A stretch of 24,000 nucleotides of DNA from Pseudoxanthomonas kaohsiungensis (GCF_010211765.1 NZ_PDWO01000002.1:139581-163580); one strand, 5' to 3'. Positions 8,259-16,708 are shown, counted from the first letter of the stretch. Notes: a model not told the origin generated them from the letters alone. Numbers and translations are program-made.

Positions 8259-9077
8259 TCAGTAACCGATCGCGATGCCCCGGCTGAGGGCGATCGCCTG
8301 CGCCACGTTCTGGCCCAGTATGGTGCGTCCCTGCGAGGTGCTGCGGACCACCTCCAGCTCCATCCAGTTGCTGGCCTGCTGTCCGTCCGCGGCCAGCTGG
8401 ATGGTCTGGCCCATGCCGCTGCGGCTGATCCACTGCTCGACCGCGCCTTGCCCATCGATCTGCAGCAGGATGCGGGCCGCATTGTTTTCCAGCTGGGCGA
8501 CGGCGTTCATGCCGTTGACCGATGTGCTGGCGACCATCGACTGCGCGGCGGCCGGAGCCGACGAGGCCGCCGTCGCCGAGGCTGTGCCCGCCGACGGGGA
8601 CGGTTCGTCGCGGATGGTGATCCTGGCCGTGTTGTGGGCGAGGTTGCCGTCGCCGGCGACCTGCACGCTCTGGGTCACGCCGGTCACGTTGGCCAGGCCG
8701 GCGTTGTCGATCTCGCGCTGGCCCGAGGGCGTCGGTGCGGGCGCATCGACGGCGGTGATGCTCACATGCGGCTGGAAGGTCACCACGGGCTTGTCGCCCT
8801 GCCGGGCGTCCATGGTCACGGTCATGGTGCTGGTCAGCTGCTGGCCGGTCTGGGTCTGCCAGGTCGACACCATGGTGACGCCGAACCAGGCCACGGTGTT
8901 GCTGCTGACCGTGTAGCGGCCGCGCATGTCGCCCATTTCCTCGTCGGTCAGTTCGGTCAGTCCGCTGGCGGCCGGCGCGTTCGTGGCCTGCGCTTCCTGC
9001 ACCTGCGCCCAGGCAGGCAACGCGGCCGGTGCGGTCGCCAGTCCTACGGCGATGCAGAGGGTGCGTTTTCCGTTCAT
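8259..9077 (-). CDS. Exported protein of Fap-like locus (positional FapE counterpart), with degenerate amyloid-type repeat units
   Basis: Signal peptide 'MNGKRTLCIAVGLATAPAALPAWA'; segment 'GLTELTDEEMGDMRG'; repeat-like 'GVTQSVQVAGDGNLAHNTARI' and 'GMGQTIQLAADGQQASNWMELEV'. Confidence 0.6.
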   Translation of the reverse strand: MNGKRTLCIAVGLATAPAALPAWAQVQEAQATNAPAASGLTELTDEEMGDMRGRYTVSSNTVAWFGVTMVSTWQTQTGQQLTSTMTVTMDARQGDKPVVTFQPHVSITAVDAPAPTPSGQREIDNAGLANVTGVTQSVQVAGDGNLAHNTARITIRDEPSPSAGTASATAASSAPAAAQSMVASTSVNGMNAVAQLENNAARILLQIDGQGAVEQWISRSGMGQTIQLAADGQQASNWMELEVVRSTSQGRTILGQNVAQAIALSRGIAIGY

Positions 9078-9089
9078 GGTCGTGTCCTT

Positions 9090-9800
9090 TCAGAACAGGT
9101 CGGCATGGGTGAAGCCGAAGTCGAGCAGCTCGGCGTCCGTGATCGGTCCCTGCCGCGCGTACAGCGCCCGCGCACTGGGCTTGGTGCTGGGCTGCAACAA
9201 AACCGTGTTTCGATCGAAGTCGGAGCCGATAACGACGAAAACCGCGCGGGAGGGCCACGCGGCCAGGAACTCGGGCAGGGGAACGACCCGGTTGCCCAGG
9301 ATCGGATCGCCGATTTCGACCATTTCGCCGGAGACCTGCTTCAGCACGACGAAATGACGGAAGCCGTTCACGTCCATCAGCACCAGGCCGGGCACGCGCA
9401 GACTGCGCAGCCGCGCTTCGTCGACGCGGTAACCGCGCCCGCGCATGCCCAGCGACTCGACGTAACGCTTGATGTCGAGCAGGGAGAATCCGCGCTCCTT
9501 GACCACCTCGGCGTCGGCCAGCGACAGCATGCCCTCGATGACCGTGGTCTCGTTCGCATCCAGGTGGTAGGCGTAGCGCAGGATGGTCGCCAGTGCCGCG
9601 GCGCCGCAGCTGTAGTCGGTCTGCTGGCGCACGAGGTTGCTGAAGCGTGCCTCGCGCATGCTGACCACCGGCGCATGGTAGAGCGCGCCATTGGGCAGGA
9701 CGCCGGTGAAGGCCACGTCCGCGGCCTGAAGCGGACGCGGTGAAGCGGCGCACAGCAACAGCATCAGCAGCATCAGGCTCGATCGCGGGAAGCGAGGCAT
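9090..9800 (-). CDS. C39-like papain-fold peptidase with signal peptide, FapD-like
   Basis: Catalytic Cys motif 'QQTDYSCGAAALATILRYAY', His motif 'GFRHFVVLKQV', Asp in 'EIGDPILGN'. Start set at 9800 (MPRFPRSSLMLLMLLLCAAS). Position matches fapD. Confidence 0.85.
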   Translation of the reverse strand: MPRFPRSSLMLLMLLLCAASPRPLQAADVAFTGVLPNGALYHAPVVSMREARFSNLVRQQTDYSCGAAALATILRYAYHLDANETTVIEGMLSLADAEVVKERGFSLLDIKRYVESLGMRGRGYRVDEARLRSLRVPGLVLMDVNGFRHFVVLKQVSGEMVEIGDPILGNRVVPLPEFLAAWPSRAVFVVIGSDFDRNTVLLQPSTKPSARALYARQGPITDAELLDFGFTHADLF

Positions 9801-9854
9801 GGAGGCATGTCCCTGTTGCGGCGCTTGCGGGAATGGGCCGCCGTGGGAGTGGAA

Positions 9855-9885
9855 GCCCCGTCCCGCGGGGGAGGCGGGACGGGGC
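9855..9885. promoter_or_regulatory. Strong stem-loop in the intergenic region between the major amyloid-like gene and the C39 gene
   Basis: 12-bp perfect stem GCCCCGTCCCGC (9855-9866) / GCGGGACGGGGC (9874-9885); extendable by GGAA/TTCC with one bulge. Confidence 0.65.
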
Positions 9886-9896
9886 GTTCCGTGAGT

Positions 9897-9921
9897 TCCC
9901 GGCCACGGCGGATGGCCGGGA
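9897..9921. promoter_or_regulatory. Second stem-loop in the same intergenic region
   Basis: 9-bp perfect stem TCCCGGCCA / TGGCCGGGA around loop cggcgga. Confidence 0.55.
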
Positions 9922-9965
9922 GTCACTCTTTCATCCCTTGCGGGACATGGTTTCGTCGTTACCGA

Positions 9966-11489
9966 TCAACCACCACCACCCGTGCCGCCGCCACCGCCAC
10001 CGGTGGACGGCTGCGCCACGGCCATCGACAGGCTGTTGGCCTGCTGGTTGCCGGTGCCGGCCGACACGTTCACGCCGATGTTGCCGGACGCGCCCGAGAA
10101 GGCGCTGCCGGACAGCGTCGCGCTGTTGGTCGCGGCGGCTACGGTTTCGACGGTCGGGACCGCGAGTACGCCGGACAGCGACGCGCTCAACTGGTCCGGC
10201 CCCAGCTCGCCGAAGCTGATGGTGCCACTTTCGTCCGTATCGAAGGCGATGCCACCGACGCCGTCGGCGTACGGATTGTCGACCGCGTTCTGGATGTCGC
10301 CGTCCATGTCGAGGTGGCCGGTCGAATCCCCGTTCGGATGATCGAGCTCGCCATCCCAGCTATCCAGGTAGAAGTTGTCCTTCTGGTAGGCGCTTCCCCT
10401 TCCCGCATAGGTCACCCGGCCGAGGCTGCCGGTGATGTCACCCTGCAGGTTGATTGCGACTTCCCTGGTGCCTTCCTGGGTCAGCGGCGCATTGGAGACC
10501 GTATTGCCCTCGGAGATCTGGTTCGAGCTGACGCTCGCCTGGGCATAGGCACTGGTGGCGACCGAGGCTGCCAGCGCGTTCTTCTGGGCATTGTTGTTGC
10601 CGGACGTCACATTGACGCCGATGTTGCCGCTGGCGCCCCCGAACGCGTTGCCGCCAACGCTGGCGTCGTTGGCCACGCCCACGTTCACGGTCTGGTTGCC
10701 CGTGCCCTTCTGGTTGACGAACACTTCCGCATCGGCCAGGCCGAAGGAGAAGCTGGCATCGGCGGCCGAGAGTGCAGCCGCATTGTCCTGCACGTTGTTG
10801 TCGCCGGCAGCGGCGTTGAACTGCAGGTTTCCGGAGGCACCCGACGCGGCGTCTTCATCGATCGAGGCGTCATTGGTCAGCTGGGTGTTGACCCCGACGT
10901 TGCCGGACACCGACTGGCGGTTGTCGATCACGGCGATCGCAGCCGAGTCGATGTCGATGTTGCCGCTGAGGGTGGGTTCGCCGCTGAAGGAGATGTCGGA
11001 CGACAGCGAGAGGTCCTTCTCGAGGGTCACCGAGGTGTTGTGTTCCTCGCGATCGATGTTGGAATCGACATTGACCTGCTCGTCATGGGTGATGACGGTC
11101 TGGTCGTAGGTGAGCGATTCGTTGAGCTCCTGGTTGACCGTCAGGTTGGCTTCCTGGTTGACCGTCGTATTGAACTCTTCGTTGATCGCGGTATTCCATT
11201 CGAAGGTGTCGCTGTAATCGGTGCTGTAGTTCTCGGTATTGGTCACGTCCGAGGTGTAGTTGTCGGTGTAGCTGGTGCTGCTGGTAGCGTCGTTGGTCGT
11301 GGTGTTCGTGGTGGTGTTGGTGGTGGTATCGGTGTTCGTCGTGGTGTTGGTTTCGTAGTTGCGCGTGTCGTCGATGGTGACGTCCTCGTCCCAGACGATG
11401 ATGGTTTCAGTGGTCTCGGCATGAGCCACGGACGCAGTCGCCGCCGCCACTGCCATGGCAAGCACGGTCCACTTCAGATTCCTTTTCAT
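9966..11489 (-). CDS. Large N/T-rich exported repeat protein, candidate major functional-amyloid subunit (FapC-like)
   Basis: Signal peptide 'MKRNLKWTVLAMAVAAATASVAHA'; T/N-rich tract; imperfect repeats 'GASGNLQFNAAAGDNNVQDNAAAL', 'GASGNIGVNVTSGNNNAQKNALAAS', 'GASGNIGVNVSAGTGNQQANSLSMA'; poly-Gly C-terminus. Confidence 0.75.
   Translation of the reverse strand: MKRNLKWTVLAMAVAAATASVAHAETTETIIVWDEDVTIDDTRNYETNTTTNTDTTTNTTTNTTTNDATSSTSYTDNYTSDVTNTENYSTDYSDTFEWNTAINEEFNTTVNQEANLTVNQELNESLTYDQTVITHDEQVNVDSNIDREEHNTSVTLEKDLSLSSDISFSGEPTLSGNIDIDSAAIAVIDNRQSVSGNVGVNTQLTNDASIDEDAASGASGNLQFNAAAGDNNVQDNAAALSAADASFSFGLADAEVFVNQKGTGNQTVNVGVANDASVGGNAFGGASGNIGVNVTSGNNNAQKNALAASVATSAYAQASVSSNQISEGNTVSNAPLTQEGTREVAINLQGDITGSLGRVTYAGRGSAYQKDNFYLDSWDGELDHPNGDSTGHLDMDGDIQNAVDNPYADGVGGIAFDTDESGTISFGELGPDQLSASLSGVLAVPTVETVAAATNSATLSGSAFSGASGNIGVNVSAGTGNQQANSLSMAVAQPSTGGGGGGTGGGG
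10206..10241 (-). other. Sequence encoding a canonical EF-hand-type Ca2+-binding loop inside the major amyloid-like protein
   Basis: Codons read DTDESGTISFGE, matching the 12-residue pattern DxDxSGxIxxxE. Confidence 0.55.
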
Positions 11490-11532
11490 GGTGTCCTCTC
11501 TCTCTTGCTCTTTGGTTGGTTGGATTACCGCC

Positions 11533-12195
11533 TCACGGGCCGGGCGGGAGCGACAACGTCAGGACGTTGCCGGTCTCGTTGGCCGAACCCGCGATCTGAT
11601 TGAGCTGGAAAACGCCTTCGAACCCACGCAGCGCGGTGGCTTCCACTGCCACCTTGCGACTGGCGGTCCTCCCCGCCGGGTTGAAGGCGGTTTGCCGCTC
11701 CGCCGACGCGGCAACGCCACTGGACAGCTGGCTGTCCGGCGTTTCGCGTATGCCCTGTTGCGCCAGCACCATCGCCACCGCGTTGTGTTCCGCGTTGCCG
11801 CTGCCGCTGGCCTGGTTGATCGATGCGATGCCGCTGGCGCCCGCCAGCGCCGAGCCGCCGATGGTCGCGCTGGCGGCCACTGGCACGTCGTAGACGTCGT
11901 CGCTGCGTGCCTGGGAGGTACTCACCTGCACCATGGCCGCGCCGTCGCCGATGGCGATCGCGCGCAGGTTGGACTGCTGGTTGAGGTCGCCGGCCGCCAT
12001 GTTCACGCCGATGGCGCCGCTGCTGCCGGCCAGCGCGCGATCCGCGATCCGGGTCTGCGCCAGGTAGCCGAGCATGTCGGCGTAGTCATCGGCGGCACGC
12101 GCAGGGCCGGCTGCGAGCCAGGCGGCGCAGGCCAGCGCCAGCAGTGGCTGCCAGATGCCCCGTGCGGGGCGAGGGACGGCGACCGGCCTGCTCAC
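11533..12195 (-). CDS. Small exported three-repeat protein, candidate minor or nucleator amyloid subunit (FapB-like)
   Basis: GTG start at 12195 overlapping the upstream stop (GTGA); signal-like 'IWQPLLALACAAWLAAGPARA'; units 'GSSGAIGVNMAAGDLNQQSNLRAIAIG', 'GASGIASINQASGSGNAEHNAVAMVLA', 'EGVFQLNQIAGSANETGNVLTLSL'. Confidence 0.72.
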   Translation of the reverse strand: MSRPVAVPRPARGIWQPLLALACAAWLAAGPARAADDYADMLGYLAQTRIADRALAGSSGAIGVNMAAGDLNQQSNLRAIAIGDGAAMVQVSTSQARSDDVYDVPVAASATIGGSALAGASGIASINQASGSGNAEHNAVAMVLAQQGIRETPDSQLSSGVAASAERQTAFNPAGRTASRKVAVEATALRGFEGVFQLNQIAGSANETGNVLTLSLPPGP

Positions 12196-12686
12196 GGACC
12201 GGTTCCCTGGTTGCCACCCAGCGGGAACTGGGACAGTGCGCCGGTGACGGTCGAGCCGATGCCGCGGGTGGCGCCGGTCACCGCACCCGTCGCGCCGCCG
12301 ACGCTGCGGCTGAAGCCGCTGCCTGAGAAGACGCTGCTGTCGCCCGTCAGCCGACCCATCGATCCCTGCAGCGCCTGGCTGGTCATCTGCTCGGGCATGG
12401 TGACGCCGCCACGCGCGTCCAGTTGGCCCGACGCCATGCCGGCGATCTCGTCGTCCGACATCTCCCCGGTGCCCAAGGCATGGTCGATCTCCCGGTTCGG
12501 GGTCGGATCGACGATCAGGGCGATACTGGGCGGCGCCTCGCGATAGGCGTGGCGGGCGTTGACGTCCCGCAACAGCACCATCTCGCCGCGCTCCGGATGC
12601 ACGCCGACGTGGGCATCGGCGGCGCGTACGGCGGCCGGAGCCGCCAGCAAGGCGAACAAGGGCAGGCAGACAAGGCGTCGTGACAT
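12192..12686 (-). CDS. Small exported protein, first gene of the Fap-like locus (positional FapA counterpart)
   Basis: Signal peptide 'MSRRLVCLPLFALLAAPAAVRAADA' with start at 12686 (trimmed from ORF 12737); 'ALGTGEMSDDEIAGMASG'; stop overlaps the next start. Confidence 0.6.
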   Translation of the reverse strand: MSRRLVCLPLFALLAAPAAVRAADAHVGVHPERGEMVLLRDVNARHAYREAPPSIALIVDPTPNREIDHALGTGEMSDDEIAGMASGQLDARGGVTMPEQMTSQALQGSMGRLTGDSSVFSGSGFSRSVGGATGAVTGATRGIGSTVTGALSQFPLGGNQGTGP

Positions 12687-12721
12687 GGATGCAGTCCCCG
12701 CGTATAGGCGGAGACAACAGC

Positions 12722-12737
12722 GCACGTCCCGTGCCAA
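12722..12737 (-). promoter_or_regulatory. Sigma54 (-24/-12) promoter for the Fap-like locus
   Basis: Minus strand TTGGCACG-GGAC-GTGC: full TGGCACG -24 element, correct GG-to-GC spacing, -12 GTGC versus consensus TTGC. Predicted start near 12710, 24 nt before the ATG at 12686. Confidence 0.72.
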
Positions 12738-12754
12738 GCCCTTTTTGTTTTATT

Positions 12755-12767
12755 TATCAGTCGCTTG
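12755..12767 (+). promoter_or_regulatory. IHF-binding site
   Basis: TATCAG-TCGC-TTG fits WATCARNNNNTTR exactly, flanked on the 5' side by the AT-rich tract ctttttgttttattta; sits just upstream of the sigma54 promoter. Confidence 0.6.
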
Positions 12768-12914
12768 CGTTCTAACGCGAGGTTGCGCCCGTCCCGCTGT
12801 GTTACATCCGTGAAGCGGCGCGGACATGTGTTCCGGCCGCCAGAGCCCGCCACTACGGCCTCCGCCATGCTGTTTCAGGAGTGATACACCCCGTGCGGCG
12901 GGTTTACAGTCGGC

Positions 12915-13997
12915 TCAGAACAGCTCGCGCTGGGCAGGCGCGGCCAGTGGCGGGACGAACCGGCTGCAGTCCAGCGCCGCCAGGGACTGTGCGGGATAGC
13001 CGGCACGGCGACGGGCGAGCGCGAAACGCCGCTCGAGCAGGTCGGCATAGGGGCCGCGGCCGCGCATGCGCGCGCCGAACCCGGACTCGTAGTCCCGCCC
13101 CCCGCGCATCTGGCGCACGGCCGCCATGACCCGCGCGGCGCGTTCCGGCATGTGCGCCTCGAGCCAATCGCGGAACAGCGGGGCGACCTCGTGCGGCAGG
13201 CGCAGGAGCACGTAGCCGGCGCTTGCGGCGCCGGCGCCGCGCGCCGCCTCCAGCACCGCCTCCAGCTCGTGGTCGTTGACCCAGGGGATCGCCGGGGCGA
13301 ACAGCACGCCGACCGGGACGCCGGCATCGTGCAGCCTCCGCATCGCCCGGAGCCGGGCATGCGGCGCCGCCGCGCGCGGCTCCAGGCGCGCCGACAGCTG
13401 CGGATCGAGCGTGGTCACGGAGAAGTACACGTGCACCAGCCCCAGCGCCGCCAGGGGCTGCAGCAGGTCGAGGTCGCGTTCGACCAGGGCATTCTTGGTG
13501 ACGAGGCTGAAGGGGTGGCGGCACTCGAGCATGACCTCGACCAGCCGGCGGGTCAGCTCCAGGCGGCGTTCGACCGGCTGGTAGGCATCGGTGTTGATCC
13601 CGAGCGCGATCGGGCTGGGGCGGTAGCCGGGCCGGGCGAACTCGCGCCGCAACAGTTCCGGGGCGTTGGTCTTGGCGAAGATCTTCGTCTCGAAGTCCAG
13701 CCCGGGAGACAGGTTGAGGTACGCATGCGACGGCCGGGCGAAGCAGTAACTGCACCCGTGCTCGCAGCCGCGGTAGGGGTTCACCGACTGGGAGAAGCCG
13801 ACGTCCGGCGAGCGGTTGCGGGTGACGATGCTGCGGGCGCTCTCCTCGTGGACCTCGGTCCTGGGCCGCGACGGGTCCGGGCCCGCCTCCGGCTCCGCCA
13901 GCGGCGCCCAGCCGTCATCGGCCGCCTCGACGGTGGTCGTTTCGAATCGCCCTGGCAGGTACTGCCGCGAGCCGCGGCCCTTGATCGTGTCGGCCAT
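12915..13997 (-). CDS. Radical SAM protein of the PA0069 / spore-photolyase-like family
   Basis: '[40 protein letters not shown]' (CxxxCxxC) and typical downstream motifs '[13 protein letters not shown]'. Confidence 0.9.
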   Translation of the reverse strand: MADTIKGRGSRQYLPGRFETTTVEAADDGWAPLAEPEAGPDPSRPRTEVHEESARSIVTRNRSPDVGFSQSVNPYRGCEHGCSYCFARPSHAYLNLSPGLDFETKIFAKTNAPELLRREFARPGYRPSPIALGINTDAYQPVERRLELTRRLVEVMLECRHPFSLVTKNALVERDLDLLQPLAALGLVHVYFSVTTLDPQLSARLEPRAAAPHARLRAMRRLHDAGVPVGVLFAPAIPWVNDHELEAVLEAARGAGAASAGYVLLRLPHEVAPLFRDWLEAHMPERAARVMAAVRQMRGGRDYESGFGARMRGRGPYADLLERRFALARRRAGYPAQSLAALDCSRFVPPLAAPAQRELF

Positions 13998-14090
13998 GGT
14001 CCAAGGCTACGCCCGCGGCGTCGCGCCAGGCGCGATGGCGGTCGCGCACTGGGGCGACGTTCATCACCGGGCCTGCGCCGCGCGCTCGCC

Positions 14091-14096
14091 TAGAAT
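14091..14096 (+). promoter_or_regulatory. Candidate -10 element TAGAAT 6 nt before the cls start codon (possible leaderless transcript)
   Basis: 'cgccTAGAATccgcccATG' with no Shine-Dalgarno-like purine run. Confidence 0.4.
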
Positions 14097-14102
14097 CCGC
14101 CC

Positions 14103-15545
14103 ATGACCTATTTCGAAACGGCCTGGGCCTGGCTTGGCGAGCTGCCCGCCCTGGGGCTCTACCTCCTCCTCGCCTGGCTGGCATACGTGCTCGGCCTGAG
14201 CCTTTGGATCATCCTGCAGAAGCGGGAGCCGGTGGCCACGCTCAGCTGGGTGATGTCGCTGGCATTGCTGCCCTATGTCGGCTTCCTGATCTACTTCCTG
14301 CTCGGCCCGCAGAAGATCCAGCGCCAGCGGCTGCGCCGCGGGCGGTCGCGTTCGGGCCTGGAGCAGTTCTCCACGCCCAATGGCGACAAGCCCGAATGCC
14401 TGGAACTGGCGCGGCTGGGCCAGGCCACCACGGGCCTTCCGCCTTCCAGCGCCACTTCCGCGCAGTGGCTGGTCGATGGACACGCGAAGTACGAGGCGCT
14501 GTTGTCGGCCATCGCCGATGCCCGCCACCACGTGCACCTGGAGTACTACATCTGGGCACCGGACAAGACCGGCTTGCGCCTGCGCGACGCGCTCGTGGAC
14601 CGCGCCCGCGAAGGGATCCAGGTGCGCTTGCTGCTCGACGCGGTCGGTGCCGGCGGCATGCGCCGGCGCCACCTGCGGCCGTTGCTGGACGCCGGCGCGG
14701 AGATCGGCTGGTTCCATCCGACGAAGTTCAGGCCGTTTACGCGGCCGTGGCTCAACCTGCGCAGCCACCGCAAGATCGTCGTGGTCGACGGCCGGGTGGG
14801 CTTCGTCGGCGGGATCAACGTCACCGACGAGGAGAACGAGGCATTGCGGACCGATGCGTTCCGCGACCTGCACCTGCGCCTGGAGGGCCAGGTGGTGCGC
14901 AGCCTGCAGCTGGTGTTCGTGGAAGACTGGGTCTATGCCGCCGGCTGCGACCCGCGCGCATTCGGCGAGGCCGAATACTGGCCGCAGCTGGAGGACGGCA
15001 CGATCGGCGCGCAGGTCCTCGTGTCCGGCCCGGATTCGTCATGGGAGGCGATCCACCGCCTGAAAGTGGCGGCGATCCACGAGGCCAGGCGGCGGGTCTG
15101 GCTGGTCACGCCCTACTTCGTGCCGGGCGAGGCGGCGCGCATGGCGCTGACCTCGGCAGCGCTGGGCGGCCTGGACACGCGCCTGCTGGTGCCGCGCCGG
15201 AGCGACTCCCGCCTGGCCACGCTCGCAGCGAGGTCGTACTTCGACGAGCTGCTCAAGGCGGGCGTGAAGGTCTACGAGTACGGGCCTCGGATGCTCCACA
15301 CCAAGGCCCTGCTCGTCGACGAAGACCTGTGCATCGTCGGCAGCGCGAACTTCGACCACCGCAGCTTCAGGCTCAACTTCGAGATCTCGGCGATGTTGCG
15401 CGACCAGGACAGCTGCCAGGCGCTGGAGCGGCTGCTCGGGGGCGAGTTCGACCAGGCGGAGCGGGTCCGCGTCGACCGGCCGATGGGCCTGTGGCGGCAC
15501 CGCCTGCCGGAAGCGTTCGCCCGCCTGCTCTCGCCATTGCTGTAG
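14103..15545 (+). CDS. cls: Cardiolipin synthase (phospholipase D family)
   Basis: N-terminal membrane segments and two HKD motifs: '[18 protein letters not shown]' and '[24 protein letters not shown]'. Confidence 0.93.
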   Translation: MTYFETAWAWLGELPALGLYLLLAWLAYVLGLSLWIILQKREPVATLSWVMSLALLPYVGFLIYFLLGPQKIQRQRLRRGRSRSGLEQFSTPNGDKPECLELARLGQATTGLPPSSATSAQWLVDGHAKYEALLSAIADARHHVHLEYYIWAPDKTGLRLRDALVDRAREGIQVRLLLDAVGAGGMRRRHLRPLLDAGAEIGWFHPTKFRPFTRPWLNLRSHRKIVVVDGRVGFVGGINVTDEENEALRTDAFRDLHLRLEGQVVRSLQLVFVEDWVYAAGCDPRAFGEAEYWPQLEDGTIGAQVLVSGPDSSWEAIHRLKVAAIHEARRRVWLVTPYFVPGEAARMALTSAALGGLDTRLLVPRRSDSRLATLAARSYFDELLKAGVKVYEYGPRMLHTKALLVDEDLCIVGSANFDHRSFRLNFEISAMLRDQDSCQALERLLGGEFDQAERVRVDRPMGLWRHRLPEAFARLLSPLL

Positions 15546-15665
15546 CGGCACGACGGGCGGATCGCGGCGACGGACGCGCGGGTGGCAGGGGCGCCCGCCG
15601 AAGCGGCATCATGACCGCGCCCGGCGGCATCTGCGCCGCCAGGCCATCTTCCGGGGAGGTCCGCG

Positions 15666-15947
15666 ATGCACTGGTTCTACCTGCTCCTGTCCTTTGGCGC
15701 GCTGCTGCTGGCGATCACCACCGTGCACGGCTGGCTCCTCCTGCTGTCGTTGCTGGCGGCGCTGGGATTCTTCCTCGCCTGGATCCGCGGCTGGTATCTC
15801 GACCGGATCGGCGGGCGCCAGCAGAACGAGCTGGCGATGATCGACCCGGCCGAGCTGCGCCGGCTGCGCGAGCTGGCGGAGGCGCGCAAGCGCGAGGCCG
15901 CCCCCGCGAGCGCGCCGCCGCAGGGGCCGGCACCGCCAGCCGCATGA
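15666..15947 (+). CDS. Small membrane protein of unknown function
   Basis: Two hydrophobic helices followed by a charged C-terminus; stop overlaps the pdxJ start (ATGA). Confidence 0.65.
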   Translation: MHWFYLLLSFGALLLAITTVHGWLLLLSLLAALGFFLAWIRGWYLDRIGGRQQNELAMIDPAELRRLRELAEARKREAAPASAPPQGPAPPAA

Positions 15948-16708
15948 GCACGCACCTCAGCGTCAACGTCAACAAGGTCGCCGTGCTGCGCAACTCGCGC
16001 GGCGGCCGCGAGCCTGACGTACTGGCGGCCGCGCTCGCCTGCCTCGAGGCCGGCGCCCAGGGCATCACCGTCCACCCGCGCCCCGACCGCCGGCATATCG
16101 TGGCCGAGGACCTGCCGCCGCTGGCCGCGCTGGTGCGACGGTTCGGCGTGGAACTGAACATCGAAGGCAATCCGTTTGCGCCACCGCGTCCCGGCTATCC
16201 CGGCCTGCTCGCGCTGTGCGAGCAGGTTCGCCCCGCGCAGGTGACCCTGGTGCCGGACAGCGACGGCCAGCTGACATCCGACCATGGCTTCACCTTCGAC
16301 GGCGACAACGCGGCGCTGGCGTCCCAGGTGGCTGCGTTCAAGGCACTGGGCTGCCGGCTGAGCCTGTTCGTCGATGCGGGCGTCGCCGGCCTGGAGAAGG
16401 CTGCCGCGCTCGGCGCGGACCGCATCGAGATCTATACCGGGCCGTTCGCCGAGGCCTTCGCCGCAGGCGATGCAGCCAGCGAGCTGGCGTTGTGCGCCGA
16501 TACGGCGCGGCGCGCGCGGGTCGCCGGACTGGGCGTCAATGCCGGGCATGACCTGTCGCAGGCGAACCTCGGCGCGTTCCTGGCCCAGGTGCCGGGCGTT
16601 CTGGAGGTCTCGATCGGCCACGCACTGATCGGCGAAGCCCTCTACGACGGCCTGGATGCTACCGTCCGCGCCTACCTGGCCATCGCGGCAGGCGCCGACC
16701 CGGCCTGA
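15944..16708 (+). CDS. pdxJ: Pyridoxine 5'-phosphate synthase
   Basis: '[48 protein letters not shown]', 'ELNIEGNP', '[15 protein letters not shown]', '[13 protein letters not shown]'. Confidence 0.95.
   Translation: MSTHLSVNVNKVAVLRNSRGGREPDVLAAALACLEAGAQGITVHPRPDRRHIVAEDLPPLAALVRRFGVELNIEGNPFAPPRPGYPGLLALCEQVRPAQVTLVPDSDGQLTSDHGFTFDGDNAALASQVAAFKALGCRLSLFVDAGVAGLEKAAALGADRIEIYTGPFAEAFAAGDAASELALCADTARRARVAGLGVNAGHDLSQANLGAFLAQVPGVLEVSIGHALIGEALYDGLDATVRAYLAIAAGADPA

Noticed and set aside
11533-12717. 394-aa ORF interpretation of the small repeat protein
   Set aside because: The first ~174 codons overlap the 12192-12686 gene in another frame and are non-protein-like; the GTG at 12195 with GTGA overlap gives a sensible signal peptide and mature protein.
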